A program made the position numbers and the translations under genes. The notes below the pieces were generated by a model. The model was not told where the DNA came from. It searched no databases and worked only from the letters and a program-made list of their open reading frames with translations. Below are positions 17,918 through 27,775 of a stretch of DNA of 64,000 nt, piece by piece (positions within the stretch are counted from its first letter, which is position 1; every line of letters begins with the position of its first letter). Source of the DNA: an uncultured Pseudomonadales bacterium. GTDB taxonomy: Bacteria > Patescibacteriota > Microgenomatia > UBA1400 > PJMF01. The stretch spans positions 2,996 through 66,995 of the forward strand of contig CAZNOF010000009.1 in the NCBI GenBank assembly GCA_964574595.1, in the 5' to 3' direction.

Positions 17918-20035
17918 TTAGTTATGAGATAAAAAGATTGCTGGTTTAGCAATCGGGAAGAGAGCTCTCACAATCCAATTAAAATCGGGTTCAGATATGA
18001 ACTGGAGCAAGTCTGCTTCACGACTCCAATCAGCTCCCAAATGACTCATTAAGGGAACTAGATAGTTGCTGGCAGTTGTATGGTCTTCCAAAGCCAGTTG
18101 CCGAATCGATTCTGTCAGTAAGATTGTTTTCACCTTTTTTAGCACTTCCGGTTCTTGGTCGGATTTCAGGAGCGCTTTGCCAAGTTCAAGGAGCTGGCCA
18201 CTCATTTCCCCATCTTCACTTTCCGACTCTAGTAGCTCCCGCTTAGAAATCCAATCAAGGAAATGAACGACTTGAGTTGAAATATCCCTCTGGAATAGTG
18301 CTATCGGCAAGGTTTGATTATCAATTTCAATCATCATTGATGGAAAGGTTAAACTGACTTGTCTCAGGACCTCTTGCATGATTGGAAGCGAGTCAATGAG
18401 ATACGATAAATTATCTGGGGTATTGATCAGCTCACTTGTAGCTGAGATTTCTTTTACACTACGAAAAATATCTGTGCTCATTTTAATGAGATTATTCACA
18501 ATGAAGGAATTTCCACTATTTATTAAAGTCGGAACAGATTTTTGGATAACCTCAGATGCCACACTGTTTCCAAGAGGCTCGTCACCAATCTCTCGGAAAG
18601 CTAACTCAGAAACATTTTCCACAATTCTAATCTGGTTCAGATACATACCAATTTCTGCTGCCATTGACAGTGCGGAACCTGACAAATTCTGTCTCTTTTT
18701 CTCTGATGACTCTTTCTCATTCTCTTCTCTTTCGTCGGCCGCTTCTAAGAAAGAGACTTGTTTTGAAATAAAAGCATCAAGTCGACTAACGAGCTGTTTT
18801 TTTCGTAGAGGACTGGCATTTTCTATAACAAACTTCAAGATAGTTCTGTAACTCTGCTCATTAAAATAACCACCTTGGAGGACGAACAACAGAACATCAA
18901 TACAGTCACTTACTAATTCAGGATGTTGAAAAGAAGCCAATATTTCAAATTTCTCTTTTTCTGACAACTGCTTAATGCAGTAAACGAGATGAGATTCTAA
19001 TTTTTTTCTCGCGTCAGGAGGAATCTCTTGATTTTCTTCAAGGAATCTCGCCAATAACTCCAACTGAAACAACTCATACATGCCGGCTACGGTGCCCTCT
19101 GCCACAACATCATAAAATAATTGCCAATCATGGAGTGAATAGGCAGCAAGTAATACCAGATGACTATGCCTACTTTCATAGTCAGCATACGACTCTGGAA
19201 ATTGTCGTTTTGTGTTTTCAGAGTGCATGACTTTTTTTAAATTGTTCGGTTGAGATTTGAAGTATCCATCAATAAGTGTCTGAATATTTTTACGAAAGGT
19301 CTGATCCGTTTCGAATTTAGAATGGACGAAAGAGTCGTCGTAGTGAAGATCAATGATTTGCTGAATTTTCTGCTCATCACCCAAGCGAGCTGCTAACTTT
19401 GAAATTGTTTGAAGTTGGTATGAAAATAAGCGAAGCCGTTTCGAGCGCTTCTCGTCACTGTTATTCTCGGCGGCATCATCCTCGTACTCATAACTCATTG
19501 AGTTTTTTTCCTGATCATGCTTTGACAGTCGTTTAAACTCCATCTGATACATTTTTTCAAGCTGTGAAGGTCTTTTAAGCTCTTCAGTTGTTTGATATTG
19601 CCAAAATGCCTGAGCTACATGAAGATCTTCTGTAAGCTCACAGGTATCTAGGTAGCGTAACCATGATGAAGAATCAAATACCTGACTCAAGAACGCATCA
19701 ATATCCATTCTTTCTGTGAACCATTCAGCCTGTTTTTCTGGTTTCACTTCCAGACGATCCATCGCATAAATGATTCTGATCAGCTCGCTGCAAAAGACTG
19801 GGTTATCACTTTTCAAGCCTGTAGCAAAAATTTCTAGATCTCTGAGAGGAGAAAAGAAACTTGAACCTGTGAGCTGGTTTTCCTCACCAGTTTCACTCAC
19901 ACCATATAGCGTTTTAAATTTGGCAATCAAAACGTCGGCTGCGTGATGAATCGTGAGCGTATCTAGAATTACATCTAGTTTCTTATTTTGTTCAGGAAAT
20001 CGTGGTGCTTCAGGAAATTCAATTGAATGGGGCAT
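17918..20035 (-). CDS. large acidic hypothetical protein (705 aa)
   Basis: Long intact ORF with an ATG start and no recognisable motif. Glu/Asp-rich, alpha-helical character. Confidence 0.5.
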   Translation of the reverse strand: MPHSIEFPEAPRFPEQNKKLDVILDTLTIHHAADVLIAKFKTLYGVSETGEENQLTGSSFFSPLRDLEIFATGLKSDNPVFCSELIRIIYAMDRLEVKPEKQAEWFTERMDIDAFLSQVFDSSSWLRYLDTCELTEDLHVAQAFWQYQTTEELKRPSQLEKMYQMEFKRLSKHDQEKNSMSYEYEDDAAENNSDEKRSKRLRLFSYQLQTISKLAARLGDEQKIQQIIDLHYDDSFVHSKFETDQTFRKNIQTLIDGYFKSQPNNLKKVMHSENTKRQFPESYADYESRHSHLVLLAAYSLHDWQLFYDVVAEGTVAGMYELFQLELLARFLEENQEIPPDARKKLESHLVYCIKQLSEKEKFEILASFQHPELVSDCIDVLLFVLQGGYFNEQSYRTILKFVIENASPLRKKQLVSRLDAFISKQVSFLEAADEREENEKESSEKKRQNLSGSALSMAAEIGMYLNQIRIVENVSELAFREIGDEPLGNSVASEVIQKSVPTLINSGNSFIVNNLIKMSTDIFRSVKEISATSELINTPDNLSYLIDSLPIMQEVLRQVSLTFPSMMIEIDNQTLPIALFQRDISTQVVHFLDWISKRELLESESEDGEMSGQLLELGKALLKSDQEPEVLKKVKTILLTESIRQLALEDHTTASNYLVPLMSHLGADWSREADLLQFISEPDFNWIVRALFPIAKPAIFLSHN

Positions 20036-20062
20036 TTAGGTGCCGAATTATAGCATGCGCTG

Positions 20063-20148
20063 TGCCGAGAACAGGAATCGAACCTGCACGCCTTTTAAGG
20101 GGCACTGGATTCTAAGTCCAGCCTGTCTACCAATTTCAGCATCTCGGC
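20063..20148 (-). tRNA. tRNA-Leu (anticodon UAG), CCA not encoded
   Basis: Reverse complement is GCCGAGA-TG-CTG-AAATTGGTAGA-CAG-G-CTGGA-CTTAGAA-TCCAG, a long variable arm TGCCCCTTAAAAGGCGTG, CAGG-TTCGATT-CCTG, then TTCTCGGC-A. Confidence 0.85.
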
Positions 20149-20229
20149 TTGGATGTAATTTTACTACATCAAGCTCTAATTTGATCCATTGACTTTGGAC
20201 ACCGTCATTGTCCATAATAAACCCGAAAT

Positions 20230-21507
20230 ATGAACACCATCACATGCCCTCATTGCCACCAACAAATTGATATCGACGAAGCAGTCAGCCATCAAGCAGA
20301 AGCAAAAGTCACCGCTCAGTTTCAAAAAGAGAAAGCTGCTTTAGAAAAGACTCAGCAAGAACTCCAAAAGAAGCTTGATGAGCAGGCTCAAAAGCAAAAA
20401 GCAGAATTAGAAAGCACCCTCGCTCAACAAGAATTAAAAATAAAGAAAGAGTTATGGGAGAAGGCTCAGTTCGAAGCACAAAAAAAGATTCAAGAGTCGA
20501 GTGGGAAAATTCAAAAAGATCTGGAAGAACGATTAAAAGAGCAAGAAAATCGAGCCAAGCAAGCGGAGGCAGCTGAGTTAGAGATGCGGAAAAAGCAACG
20601 GGAGTTAGAGCAAGAAAAGGTTCAGTTCCAGTTAAAACTAGAACGGGCCCTAGACGAAAGAATGAAAGAAGAAGTTGAAAAACTCAGTAAACAAAAAGAT
20701 GATCAAGCCTCACTCAAAGAAAAAGAGATGCAAAAGCAAATTGACGACATGAAAAAACTAGTTGAGGAAGCCACACGAAAAGCGTCTACTGTTTCTCAAC
20801 AACTTCAGGGAGAAGTCATGGAACTGCAAATTGAAGATCTGTTGAGGGAAGCCTTTCCCGGAGATCTCATAGAAGAAGTGAAAAAGGGTCAACTTGGTGC
20901 CGATATTTTACAAACTGTAAAGAATAACTTTGGTAAAACTGTTGGGATTATTGTCTGGGAATCCAAGCAGACGTTAGTATTCCAAGATAAATGGTTGTCA
21001 AAACTGCGTGAAGATGCCAGAGCCAGTGGAGGTTCGATTGCGGTACTCGTCACACGAAAACTCCCAGATGGAATTACGACCTGTGCCGAACGAGAGCGCG
21101 TTTGGATCACCGGTATCGACTTCGTCTTACCACTAGCCCAGTTACTACGCCAAACTTTACTCAAAGTTGACCAAGAGAAGACCAGTCAGAACGGAAAAGA
21201 CGTCAAAGCAGAAATGCTGTACCAATATATAAACAGTCAAGAGTTTATTGGCACCATTGAGGGCGTCGTTGAAAGCTTTAGAGAGCTCCGAGATGACTTG
21301 GACCGTGAACGTACAGCGATGCAAAATTTATGGAAGAAAAGAGAAAAACAGATTTTGCGTTTAGCAACTCATGCAGCGCATATGTATGGCGGAGTACAAG
21401 GTATTGTGGGAAATTCTCTTCCCGGAATTAATGGTTTAGAGTTAGATGGTGGCAGCGACACCATTCAAATTGAAGAAAGTTCGAAGACACAAAATGGACT
21501 TTTTTAA
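20230..21507 (+). CDS. DUF2130-like protein with an N-terminal zinc ribbon, a long coiled coil and a conserved C-terminal domain
   Basis: CPHCHQ...(ribbon), a K/E/Q-rich heptad region from residues 30-190, and a C-terminal globular domain. Possible promoter TTGACT (20188-20193)...CATAAT. Confidence 0.4.
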   Translation: MNTITCPHCHQQIDIDEAVSHQAEAKVTAQFQKEKAALEKTQQELQKKLDEQAQKQKAELESTLAQQELKIKKELWEKAQFEAQKKIQESSGKIQKDLEERLKEQENRAKQAEAAELEMRKKQRELEQEKVQFQLKLERALDERMKEEVEKLSKQKDDQASLKEKEMQKQIDDMKKLVEEATRKASTVSQQLQGEVMELQIEDLLREAFPGDLIEEVKKGQLGADILQTVKNNFGKTVGIIVWESKQTLVFQDKWLSKLREDARASGGSIAVLVTRKLPDGITTCAERERVWITGIDFVLPLAQLLRQTLLKVDQEKTSQNGKDVKAEMLYQYINSQEFIGTIEGVVESFRELRDDLDRERTAMQNLWKKREKQILRLATHAAHMYGGVQGIVGNSLPGINGLELDGGSDTIQIEESSKTQNGLF

Positions 21508-21523
21508 AAATCGCACCACTAAA

Positions 21524-22186
21524 ATGAACTATCAAATTCAGCACCATCCAAGGGCACAACACATTAAAATCAAAGTGACCGCACAGGCAGAAGTAATTGT
21601 GGTAGCACCTCGAGATTGCCCAACTTTTTTCATTGATCGCTTCGTCAATCAGCATCAAGAATGGATAGAGAAAACAGTGGCCCAAGTAAAAGCCAATAGG
21701 CCACTCAAAAAAGATGCTGACGAAGTTTTACTATTTGGCAAAACGTATCGCAAAATCATTGGCAACCGGTTGGAATTTCCATTAGGAGTGCGGGCAACTG
21801 AGGACAGACTGATTATCACACCCGTTACAGAAACAGCCACTTCAATTGATAAAAGTCTAAATCAATTCTTAAAGAGCACCGCAGAAAAATACATTACTCC
21901 TCGTACTCAGCAATTGGCAAAAAAAATGAAGATTACCTACAAAAGCATTTCGTACAAAAATCAAAAAACTCGATGGGGAAGCTGTAGTTCTGAAGGTAAC
22001 CTTAATTTTAATTGGAAGCTCGTCCACTCACCACCAGCCGTCATCGACTATGTCATTATCCATGAACTCGCACACCGCACCGAAATGAATCACTCAGCAG
22101 ATTTTTGGGAGATCGTTCGAACCTTCGACCCAGAGTACTTAAAGCACAAGGGTTGGCTAAAAAGACAGGGTATGGATCTAGGCTAA
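21524..22186 (+). CDS. YgjP/DUF45-family metal-dependent hydrolase (SprT-like zincin)
   Basis: WGSCSSEGNLNFNW...IIHELAHRTEMNHS. Start chosen at MNYQIQ (21524) so the gene does not overlap the upstream CDS. The tracked ATG at 21446 lies inside that upstream gene. Confidence 0.7.
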   Translation: MNYQIQHHPRAQHIKIKVTAQAEVIVVAPRDCPTFFIDRFVNQHQEWIEKTVAQVKANRPLKKDADEVLLFGKTYRKIIGNRLEFPLGVRATEDRLIITPVTETATSIDKSLNQFLKSTAEKYITPRTQQLAKKMKITYKSISYKNQKTRWGSCSSEGNLNFNWKLVHSPPAVIDYVIIHELAHRTEMNHSADFWEIVRTFDPEYLKHKGWLKRQGMDLG

Positions 22187-23674
22187 GTACTTTTTCTCAA
22201 GATATTCTACTAGAAACGTAGGATTGGTATTTTGACCAGTCGCTTTTTGCATTAATTCTGCAGGTTCAAACATTGACCCATGTTGCCAAATATTTTCCTT
22301 AAACCAATTGAAGTAGGAACTGAAGTTTCCGTCAGAAATTTCTGCTTCCCATGTTGGATGAGCTTTTTGAAATGAATTCAGTAGCTGGGCAGCATTCAAA
22401 TTACCCAAAGTATAGGTAGGAAAGTATCCCAAGTTACCCCAAGCCCAATGAATGTCTTGTAGCACACCTTCTTTGTCGGTTGGTGGTTCAATCCCCAATA
22501 AATCTTTCATCTTTGCTCGCCATGCCTCAGGCAAATCATTCACACCTAATTTCCCAGTCATCAGCTCAACTTCTAGTTCATATCTCAGAATGATATGCAG
22601 ATTATAGGTAATTTCGTCCGCCTCGGTTCTAATCAAAGAAGGTTGAACGGTGTTTAATGCCTGAACTAACTGACCTACTTCAATTGACTGAAGTTCCGGG
22701 AAATGGCCAACTAAAATTGGGAAAAAGTGCTGCCAGAAAGAATTTGATCGACCAATTACATTTTCTAAAAATCTCGACTGTGACTCATGAATTCCTAGTG
22801 AGACTCCACCATCCAGACCTAGAGCTAGATATTTTGGATCACTATTTTGCTCGTATAGACCATGTCCTAACTCGTGAATCATACCCATGACAGTGAAAGA
22901 ATTATCATGCTCATCGAAATGTGTATTGATGCGAGTATCGTTGGCTGAAATAGAGATTTCAAAAGGGTGCTCGACATCCCCGAACCGACCGCGACTCATA
23001 TCAAAGCCGATTTTTGTGACCATCTCTTTTAAAAACTGCTCTAATTTTTGATGGTCTAATCTCACTGAGTTCAGTGGGTTTGTGACTATTGTCTGTTTTT
23101 TCAAGACTTTCGGAAGCAAGGTTTGTAGCCCTTTCTTCAGATTCAGAAACATTGGCTGTAACATCTCAATCGTCAAATTTTCTTCGTAGTCATCTAACAG
23201 GACGTTGTAGGGATGTGCATTAGAATCAAGGAAGTGAGCGTACTTCTTGCGGTTTTCAATCACTCTTTCTAAATGTGGTGCAAAAATTTGATAGTTGTTT
23301 GTTTGTTTCGCTTCAATCCAGGCATTGTATGAGGCATCAACCACTTGGTCAGTTTCTTCCACAAATTCTTTTGTCAGCAGGACGGACTTTTTGAGGCTTC
23401 TCTGCGTATGCAACACAGAACGAGATTCTATTTCTGATAACGAATCTTTTTGCGCTGCTAGCTCATCAACTAACTTTACAAAGGCTGGATCGGTGGTCAG
23501 TTCGTGTGCAAAACCTGACAAGATTGAAATCGTTTCACCTCTGTCTGCCGCCGCTCCTTTTGGCAACCCGGTCTCTCTGTCCCAACTAAGCACTGCCTGC
23601 GCAGAATTAAATGCTCGAAGCACGCGTAATTTTTCGATATATTGGGCGAGCCCATCTTGGACTTTTTTGGACAT
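22178..23674 (-). CDS. M32 carboxypeptidase (Taq-like)
   Basis: HELGHGLYE zinc motif, DIHWA and GYFPTYTLG signatures. Confidence 0.8.
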   Translation of the reverse strand: MSKKVQDGLAQYIEKLRVLRAFNSAQAVLSWDRETGLPKGAAADRGETISILSGFAHELTTDPAFVKLVDELAAQKDSLSEIESRSVLHTQRSLKKSVLLTKEFVEETDQVVDASYNAWIEAKQTNNYQIFAPHLERVIENRKKYAHFLDSNAHPYNVLLDDYEENLTIEMLQPMFLNLKKGLQTLLPKVLKKQTIVTNPLNSVRLDHQKLEQFLKEMVTKIGFDMSRGRFGDVEHPFEISISANDTRINTHFDEHDNSFTVMGMIHELGHGLYEQNSDPKYLALGLDGGVSLGIHESQSRFLENVIGRSNSFWQHFFPILVGHFPELQSIEVGQLVQALNTVQPSLIRTEADEITYNLHIILRYELEVELMTGKLGVNDLPEAWRAKMKDLLGIEPPTDKEGVLQDIHWAWGNLGYFPTYTLGNLNAAQLLNSFQKAHPTWEAEISDGNFSSYFNWFKENIWQHGSMFEPAELMQKATGQNTNPTFLVEYLEKKYLA

Positions 23675-23725
23675 ATTTTCCTCTGATACCTGACAAATGG
23701 GGTGGTGACTAATATACTACCGAAT

Positions 23726-24403
23726 ATGTTCATTCTCCACGGCGAAAATATGGTCCAATCGCGCAATCTGCTGAGTACCTTGATTGATCAAGCTCGATTA
23801 CAAGGAAAACAACTTCTCCGCTTGGAGGCAAAAAGACTTGAACCAAAAGAGTTAAGCGAGCAGCTCGGCGCAGAAAACTTGTTTGGTGAATCTAGATTTG
23901 TCGTCATTGAAGAACTTCATTCTTTACCCACATCGCAACGAAAAAATCAGCTAATAAAAATTTTAAGCAGCTATTCTGAAGATGCTGATTTTGTGTTGTG
24001 GGAAAAAAGGCAATTAACACCAACCATGTTGAAGCAGTTTCCCCAGGCAAGAAATCAAGAATTCAAACTTACGAAATCTCTTTTCCAGTGGCTTGATGGT
24101 GTGAATGGACAGTCAAAATTGAATCAACGACTGTTTGAGTCAGCAATTGATGAAGATGGGGAGATGATGTGCTTTACAATGCTGATCCGTCAAATCCGAC
24201 TTCTAATACAGGTCAAAGAAGGTCAGACACAAACCCTAGCACCATTTATGTTGACGAAACTGAAAAGACAAGCTGAAACATTTACCCTTGCACAATTACT
24301 CCAATTTCATCGTCGTTTACTCGAGCTCGATTTAGCACAGAAAACATCTGCCAATAAGTTAAGCCTTACCCAAGAACTTGAACTTTTATTGATTGGGATG
24401 TAG
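23726..24403 (+). CDS. holA: DNA polymerase III delta-subunit-like protein (short)
   Basis: N-terminal FILHGEN...LFGESRFVVIEE pattern of HolA. Only 225 aa; low-similarity call. Confidence 0.35.
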   Translation: MFILHGENMVQSRNLLSTLIDQARLQGKQLLRLEAKRLEPKELSEQLGAENLFGESRFVVIEELHSLPTSQRKNQLIKILSSYSEDADFVLWEKRQLTPTMLKQFPQARNQEFKLTKSLFQWLDGVNGQSKLNQRLFESAIDEDGEMMCFTMLIRQIRLLIQVKEGQTQTLAPFMLTKLKRQAETFTLAQLLQFHRRLLELDLAQKTSANKLSLTQELELLLIGM

Positions 24404-24430
24404 GCTACTCACGTAGCGAAAGGAAACAGT

Positions 24431-25786
24431 ATGCAAGTTGATGCTTCAATTTTTAAGGCTTATGACATCCGTGGTATTTATGGTCAAAACCTGAATGAGG
24501 AATTAGGTGAGGCTGTGGGAAAAGCGTTTGTTAAAGTGTTGGGAGCTCAAACAGTCGTAGTGGGAAGAGACGCTCGTGTTTCAAGTCCATCACTTCATGA
24601 TGCCGTAATTAAAGGGTTAACGAGTGTGGGAGCGAACGTCATCGACGTTGGCATGGTTTCCACAGACATGTATTACTACGCATGCGCCACCAAAGGCTTT
24701 GCAGGCATCATGGTTACTGCCAGTCATAATCCAAAAGAATATAACGGCTTTAAAATGGTCAAAAAAATTCCTTACTTGCTTTCGGGAGATGAAGGCATTC
24801 AAGATATTCGAAAAGTCATTGAAGCTGATGAATTTCCAGCTCCTGCTGCCACACCAGGTACAGTAGAAAAATGGGAGATCATGGACGGCTTTATTGAAAA
24901 GATTCTTTCACTTGTCGACGTGACTCAGCTGAAACCAATGAGCATCATTTGTGACACAGCAAATGGAATGGTTGGTCCATCAATTACAGAACTGTTTAAG
25001 AAAATCCCTCAAGTTAAAGTCACACCAATGTACTTTGATCCAGATGGTACTTTCCCAAATCATGGTGGTGATCCATTACAAGAAGAAAATCGAAAAGAAC
25101 TTCAACAACGAGTCCCAGCAGAAGGCGCTGACTTGGGATTTGCCTTTGACCCAGACGGAGATCGTTTCTTTTGTATCGATAAAAAAGGTCGATTTGTTTC
25201 TGGCGACTTCATGACAGCAATTTTGTCACGCTACTTCTTACAGAAGAATCCTGGGGCAACTATTGTTTATGACATTCGCGCTTCTCACGCAGTTCCAGAT
25301 ACGATCAACTCATTAGGTGGTAGACCTCTCTACAACCGAGTTGGTCATGCATACATTAAGAAGAGAATGATGGATGAGAGTGCGGTTTTTGGTGGAGAAG
25401 TCACTGGCCATTATTATTTCAAGGACTTTTTCTTGTGTGACTCAGGTGTAGCTCCAATGTTGTATGTCATGGATCTACTCTCACATTCAGATAAAACCCT
25501 CGACCAGATCATCGATGAGTTGTCATCTGTTTACTACATCTCAGGCGAGATCAACACCAAAGGTGTCGATGGCAAAGCAGTGCTGGCAAAAATCGAAGCG
25601 CAATATGGCCCATCTGCTCAAGAAGTTTTGAAAGTTGATGGAATCTCACTGGTTTATCCAGATTGGACATTCAACGTCAGAACCTCAAATACAGAACCAT
25701 TGGTTCGTTTGAATCTTGAAGCCAAAACAAAAGAAATGATGGAAGCTAAAAGAGATGAAGTCTTAGCCGTCATTCGCGGAAACTAA
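24431..25786 (+). CDS. phosphomannomutase/phosphoglucomutase (alpha-D-phosphohexomutase)
   Basis: Active-site loop TASHNPKEYNGFK, metal loop DPDGDR and sugar loop GGEVTGHYYF. Confidence 0.85.
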   Translation: MQVDASIFKAYDIRGIYGQNLNEELGEAVGKAFVKVLGAQTVVVGRDARVSSPSLHDAVIKGLTSVGANVIDVGMVSTDMYYYACATKGFAGIMVTASHNPKEYNGFKMVKKIPYLLSGDEGIQDIRKVIEADEFPAPAATPGTVEKWEIMDGFIEKILSLVDVTQLKPMSIICDTANGMVGPSITELFKKIPQVKVTPMYFDPDGTFPNHGGDPLQEENRKELQQRVPAEGADLGFAFDPDGDRFFCIDKKGRFVSGDFMTAILSRYFLQKNPGATIVYDIRASHAVPDTINSLGGRPLYNRVGHAYIKKRMMDESAVFGGEVTGHYYFKDFFLCDSGVAPMLYVMDLLSHSDKTLDQIIDELSSVYYISGEINTKGVDGKAVLAKIEAQYGPSAQEVLKVDGISLVYPDWTFNVRTSNTEPLVRLNLEAKTKEMMEAKRDEVLAVIRGN

Positions 25787-25803
25787 TTTTGAACTAAATG
25801 AAG

Positions 25804-25848
25804 CTTGAAGAGTGAGGTCTCAGGAGACAGCTCTTCAAGTTTTTTTAT
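25804..25848. terminator. bidirectional intrinsic terminator
   Basis: CTTGAAGAG-N18-CTCTTCAAG followed by TTTTTTTATTT. Confidence 0.5.
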
Positions 25849-26372
25849 TTCTTTCGGTTCATGTTCCAGTTCACCACACACAGCACGGTGATGAGAGTGA
25901 ATCCCAAGAATGCCAGCAGAGGAATTGTCACGAAACCAAAGTACTGAACTTGCAATGCACTGCATGGTACAGACAAGGTACATTTAAATGGATTTGGGAA
26001 GTTAAACTTCTGAAGACCATAATGAAAAATCTCTAAGAAAATCCCAATTGTAGAAAGAGGCATGACGTAATCGGTAAATTTGCGATCCTCTTTAATCAGA
26101 CCAACCAAACTGATAAAGACAATCGGATACATTAAAATTCGAGCAAACCAGCATAGCTCACAAGGTGGAAAACCGCTGTCGATTGGAAAGATTTGCCCAG
26201 TCATGATGTTTTTCACCGGATCACCATAAGTACTGAAGTACAAAGACCCCAACATAGAGATAAAGCTAAATAGGAAGATAAAATACAAAATGTAATCTTG
26301 TAAGGGCTGTGAATCAGTTACGACCGCTTCATTTTCTAACGGAAGGATTCCTTCTGAAACAGTGGTCTCCAT
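25845..26372 (-). CDS. DsbB/BdbC-like thiol-disulfide oxidoreductase membrane protein
   Basis: First TM ILYFIFLFSFISMLGSLYF followed by PPCELCW (CxxC) and a second Cys pair near the C-terminus. The tracked ORF extends to 26495 with a non-conserved N-terminal extension. Start at ATG 26370-26372 chosen. Confidence 0.4.
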   Translation of the reverse strand: METTVSEGILPLENEAVVTDSQPLQDYILYFIFLFSFISMLGSLYFSTYGDPVKNIMTGQIFPIDSGFPPCELCWFARILMYPIVFISLVGLIKEDRKFTDYVMPLSTIGIFLEIFHYGLQKFNFPNPFKCTLSVPCSALQVQYFGFVTIPLLAFLGFTLITVLCVVNWNMNRKK

Positions 26373-26489
26373 CTGGAATTTAGGGTTTGCCGGGTATGAT
26401 ATCGGCTTTCTTTTCTTCAAAGTTTTCTTTGGCATAAGACGAACATTATAGCGCCTGAGATCTGCGTTGACATCTGCTACAATTGGCAT

Positions 26490-27773
26490 ATGCAAACACT
26501 CCCAGTACTTATTCTCGCTGGTGGCATAAACAGCCGCTTTTTCCCCTTAAATAACTCAACTCACAAAGGCGGTGTGACACTCCATGGTGAAACACTTTTA
26601 GCTCGCGAGTTAAGAAACTTGAAGAAAAATGGTTTTGAACAAGTTGTCATTACCATATCTAGTCGCGATGAAGAAAATGCTTCTATCAAAAGTGTTGTCG
26701 AGAGTGTCAATAAAGAACTTGGTCTAGCTGTTCAGTTTGCGGTTCAACCGGAAGCAAAAGGCATGGGTGATGCAGTACTTGTTGCCTTAAAAACACTCAA
26801 TCAGCCAGATATCCAAAGTGTTGCGATCTTATCACCCTACCATATCACCGGGGGAGATTTACTTAGCCGGATGAAAGAACTTGGAGATTTAGTACTCTGT
26901 ACCAGTCCAACCTCCACTCCTGAAAGATACGGAATTGCTTCTTTCTCCACCGATGGCAAAATGACCGGTATCGTAGAAAAACCAGCTACTGGAACCGAAC
27001 CCTCAAAAGAAAAAGTTTTGAGCCTTTATGTGTTATCAAACCACTTTATTAAAACGCTGAACCAAACAGCAGCTGAAGAGTATGCATTTGAAAAAGCGCT
27101 TGATACCTGTTTGAAAGAAACACCAGCCCCAGTCTTACATCTCCAAGAGGAGATCGTTACATTGAAGTACGCCTGGAATTTATTTGATTTTCAAAAAAAG
27201 TTTTTTGCTGACATGCCAAGTTACCGCGATTCAAGTGCCTCTGTGGCAGATACCGCCGTTATTGATGAGAGTGCCGGGCCAGTCTATATCGAGGCTCACG
27301 CAAAAATCGGTCATGCAGTCAGAATTGTTGGACCAGCATATATTGGTAAAGGCGTCCGAGTAGGCGACTTCTGTTTAGTCAGAGAGTCAAGTCTAGAAGA
27401 GAACGTGCTGATTGGGGCACATTCAGAAATTACTCGATCTATTTTCCTATCAGGCAGTAATATTCATCGTGGTTATGTAGGCGACTCAATCATTGGAGCA
27501 GAAACAAGTTTAGCTGCTGGCTTTATTACTGCAAATAAACGTTTTGATCGCAAATCTGTCCCAGTTCAAATAAAAGAGAAGACCGTTGATTCTGGGCGCA
27601 GAGGCTTTGGCACCATCATTGGCGAGAACACCAAAATTGGTACCAATGTCAGTACTATGCCTGGGAAATTAATCGGCAGCCACTGTACTATTTTTCCAAG
27701 TCAAACGATTTATCACAATGTACTGGATCGCACGATCTACCCTGCAGTTGAAAAAGAATCAGAAAGGACATAA
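26490..27773 (+). CDS. sugar-1-phosphate nucleotidyltransferase with a C-terminal left-handed beta-helix (GlmU / mannose-1-P guanylyltransferase-like)
   Basis: N-terminal VLILAGGINSRFFPL nucleotidyltransferase motif. C-terminal hexapeptide repeats IGxxVxIG. Confidence 0.65.
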   Translation: MQTLPVLILAGGINSRFFPLNNSTHKGGVTLHGETLLARELRNLKKNGFEQVVITISSRDEENASIKSVVESVNKELGLAVQFAVQPEAKGMGDAVLVALKTLNQPDIQSVAILSPYHITGGDLLSRMKELGDLVLCTSPTSTPERYGIASFSTDGKMTGIVEKPATGTEPSKEKVLSLYVLSNHFIKTLNQTAAEEYAFEKALDTCLKETPAPVLHLQEEIVTLKYAWNLFDFQKKFFADMPSYRDSSASVADTAVIDESAGPVYIEAHAKIGHAVRIVGPAYIGKGVRVGDFCLVRESSLEENVLIGAHSEITRSIFLSGSNIHRGYVGDSIIGAETSLAAGFITANKRFDRKSVPVQIKEKTVDSGRRGFGTIIGENTKIGTNVSTMPGKLIGSHCTIFPSQTIYHNVLDRTIYPAVEKESERT

Positions 27774-27775
27774 CA

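Noticed and set aside
17677-17952. 91-aa minus-strand ORF spanning the convergent intergenic region
   Set aside because: It overlaps the + strand promoter and terminator, has no start context and is Leu/Ile/Ser-rich from AT-rich DNA. The sRNA-candidate interpretation is preferred.
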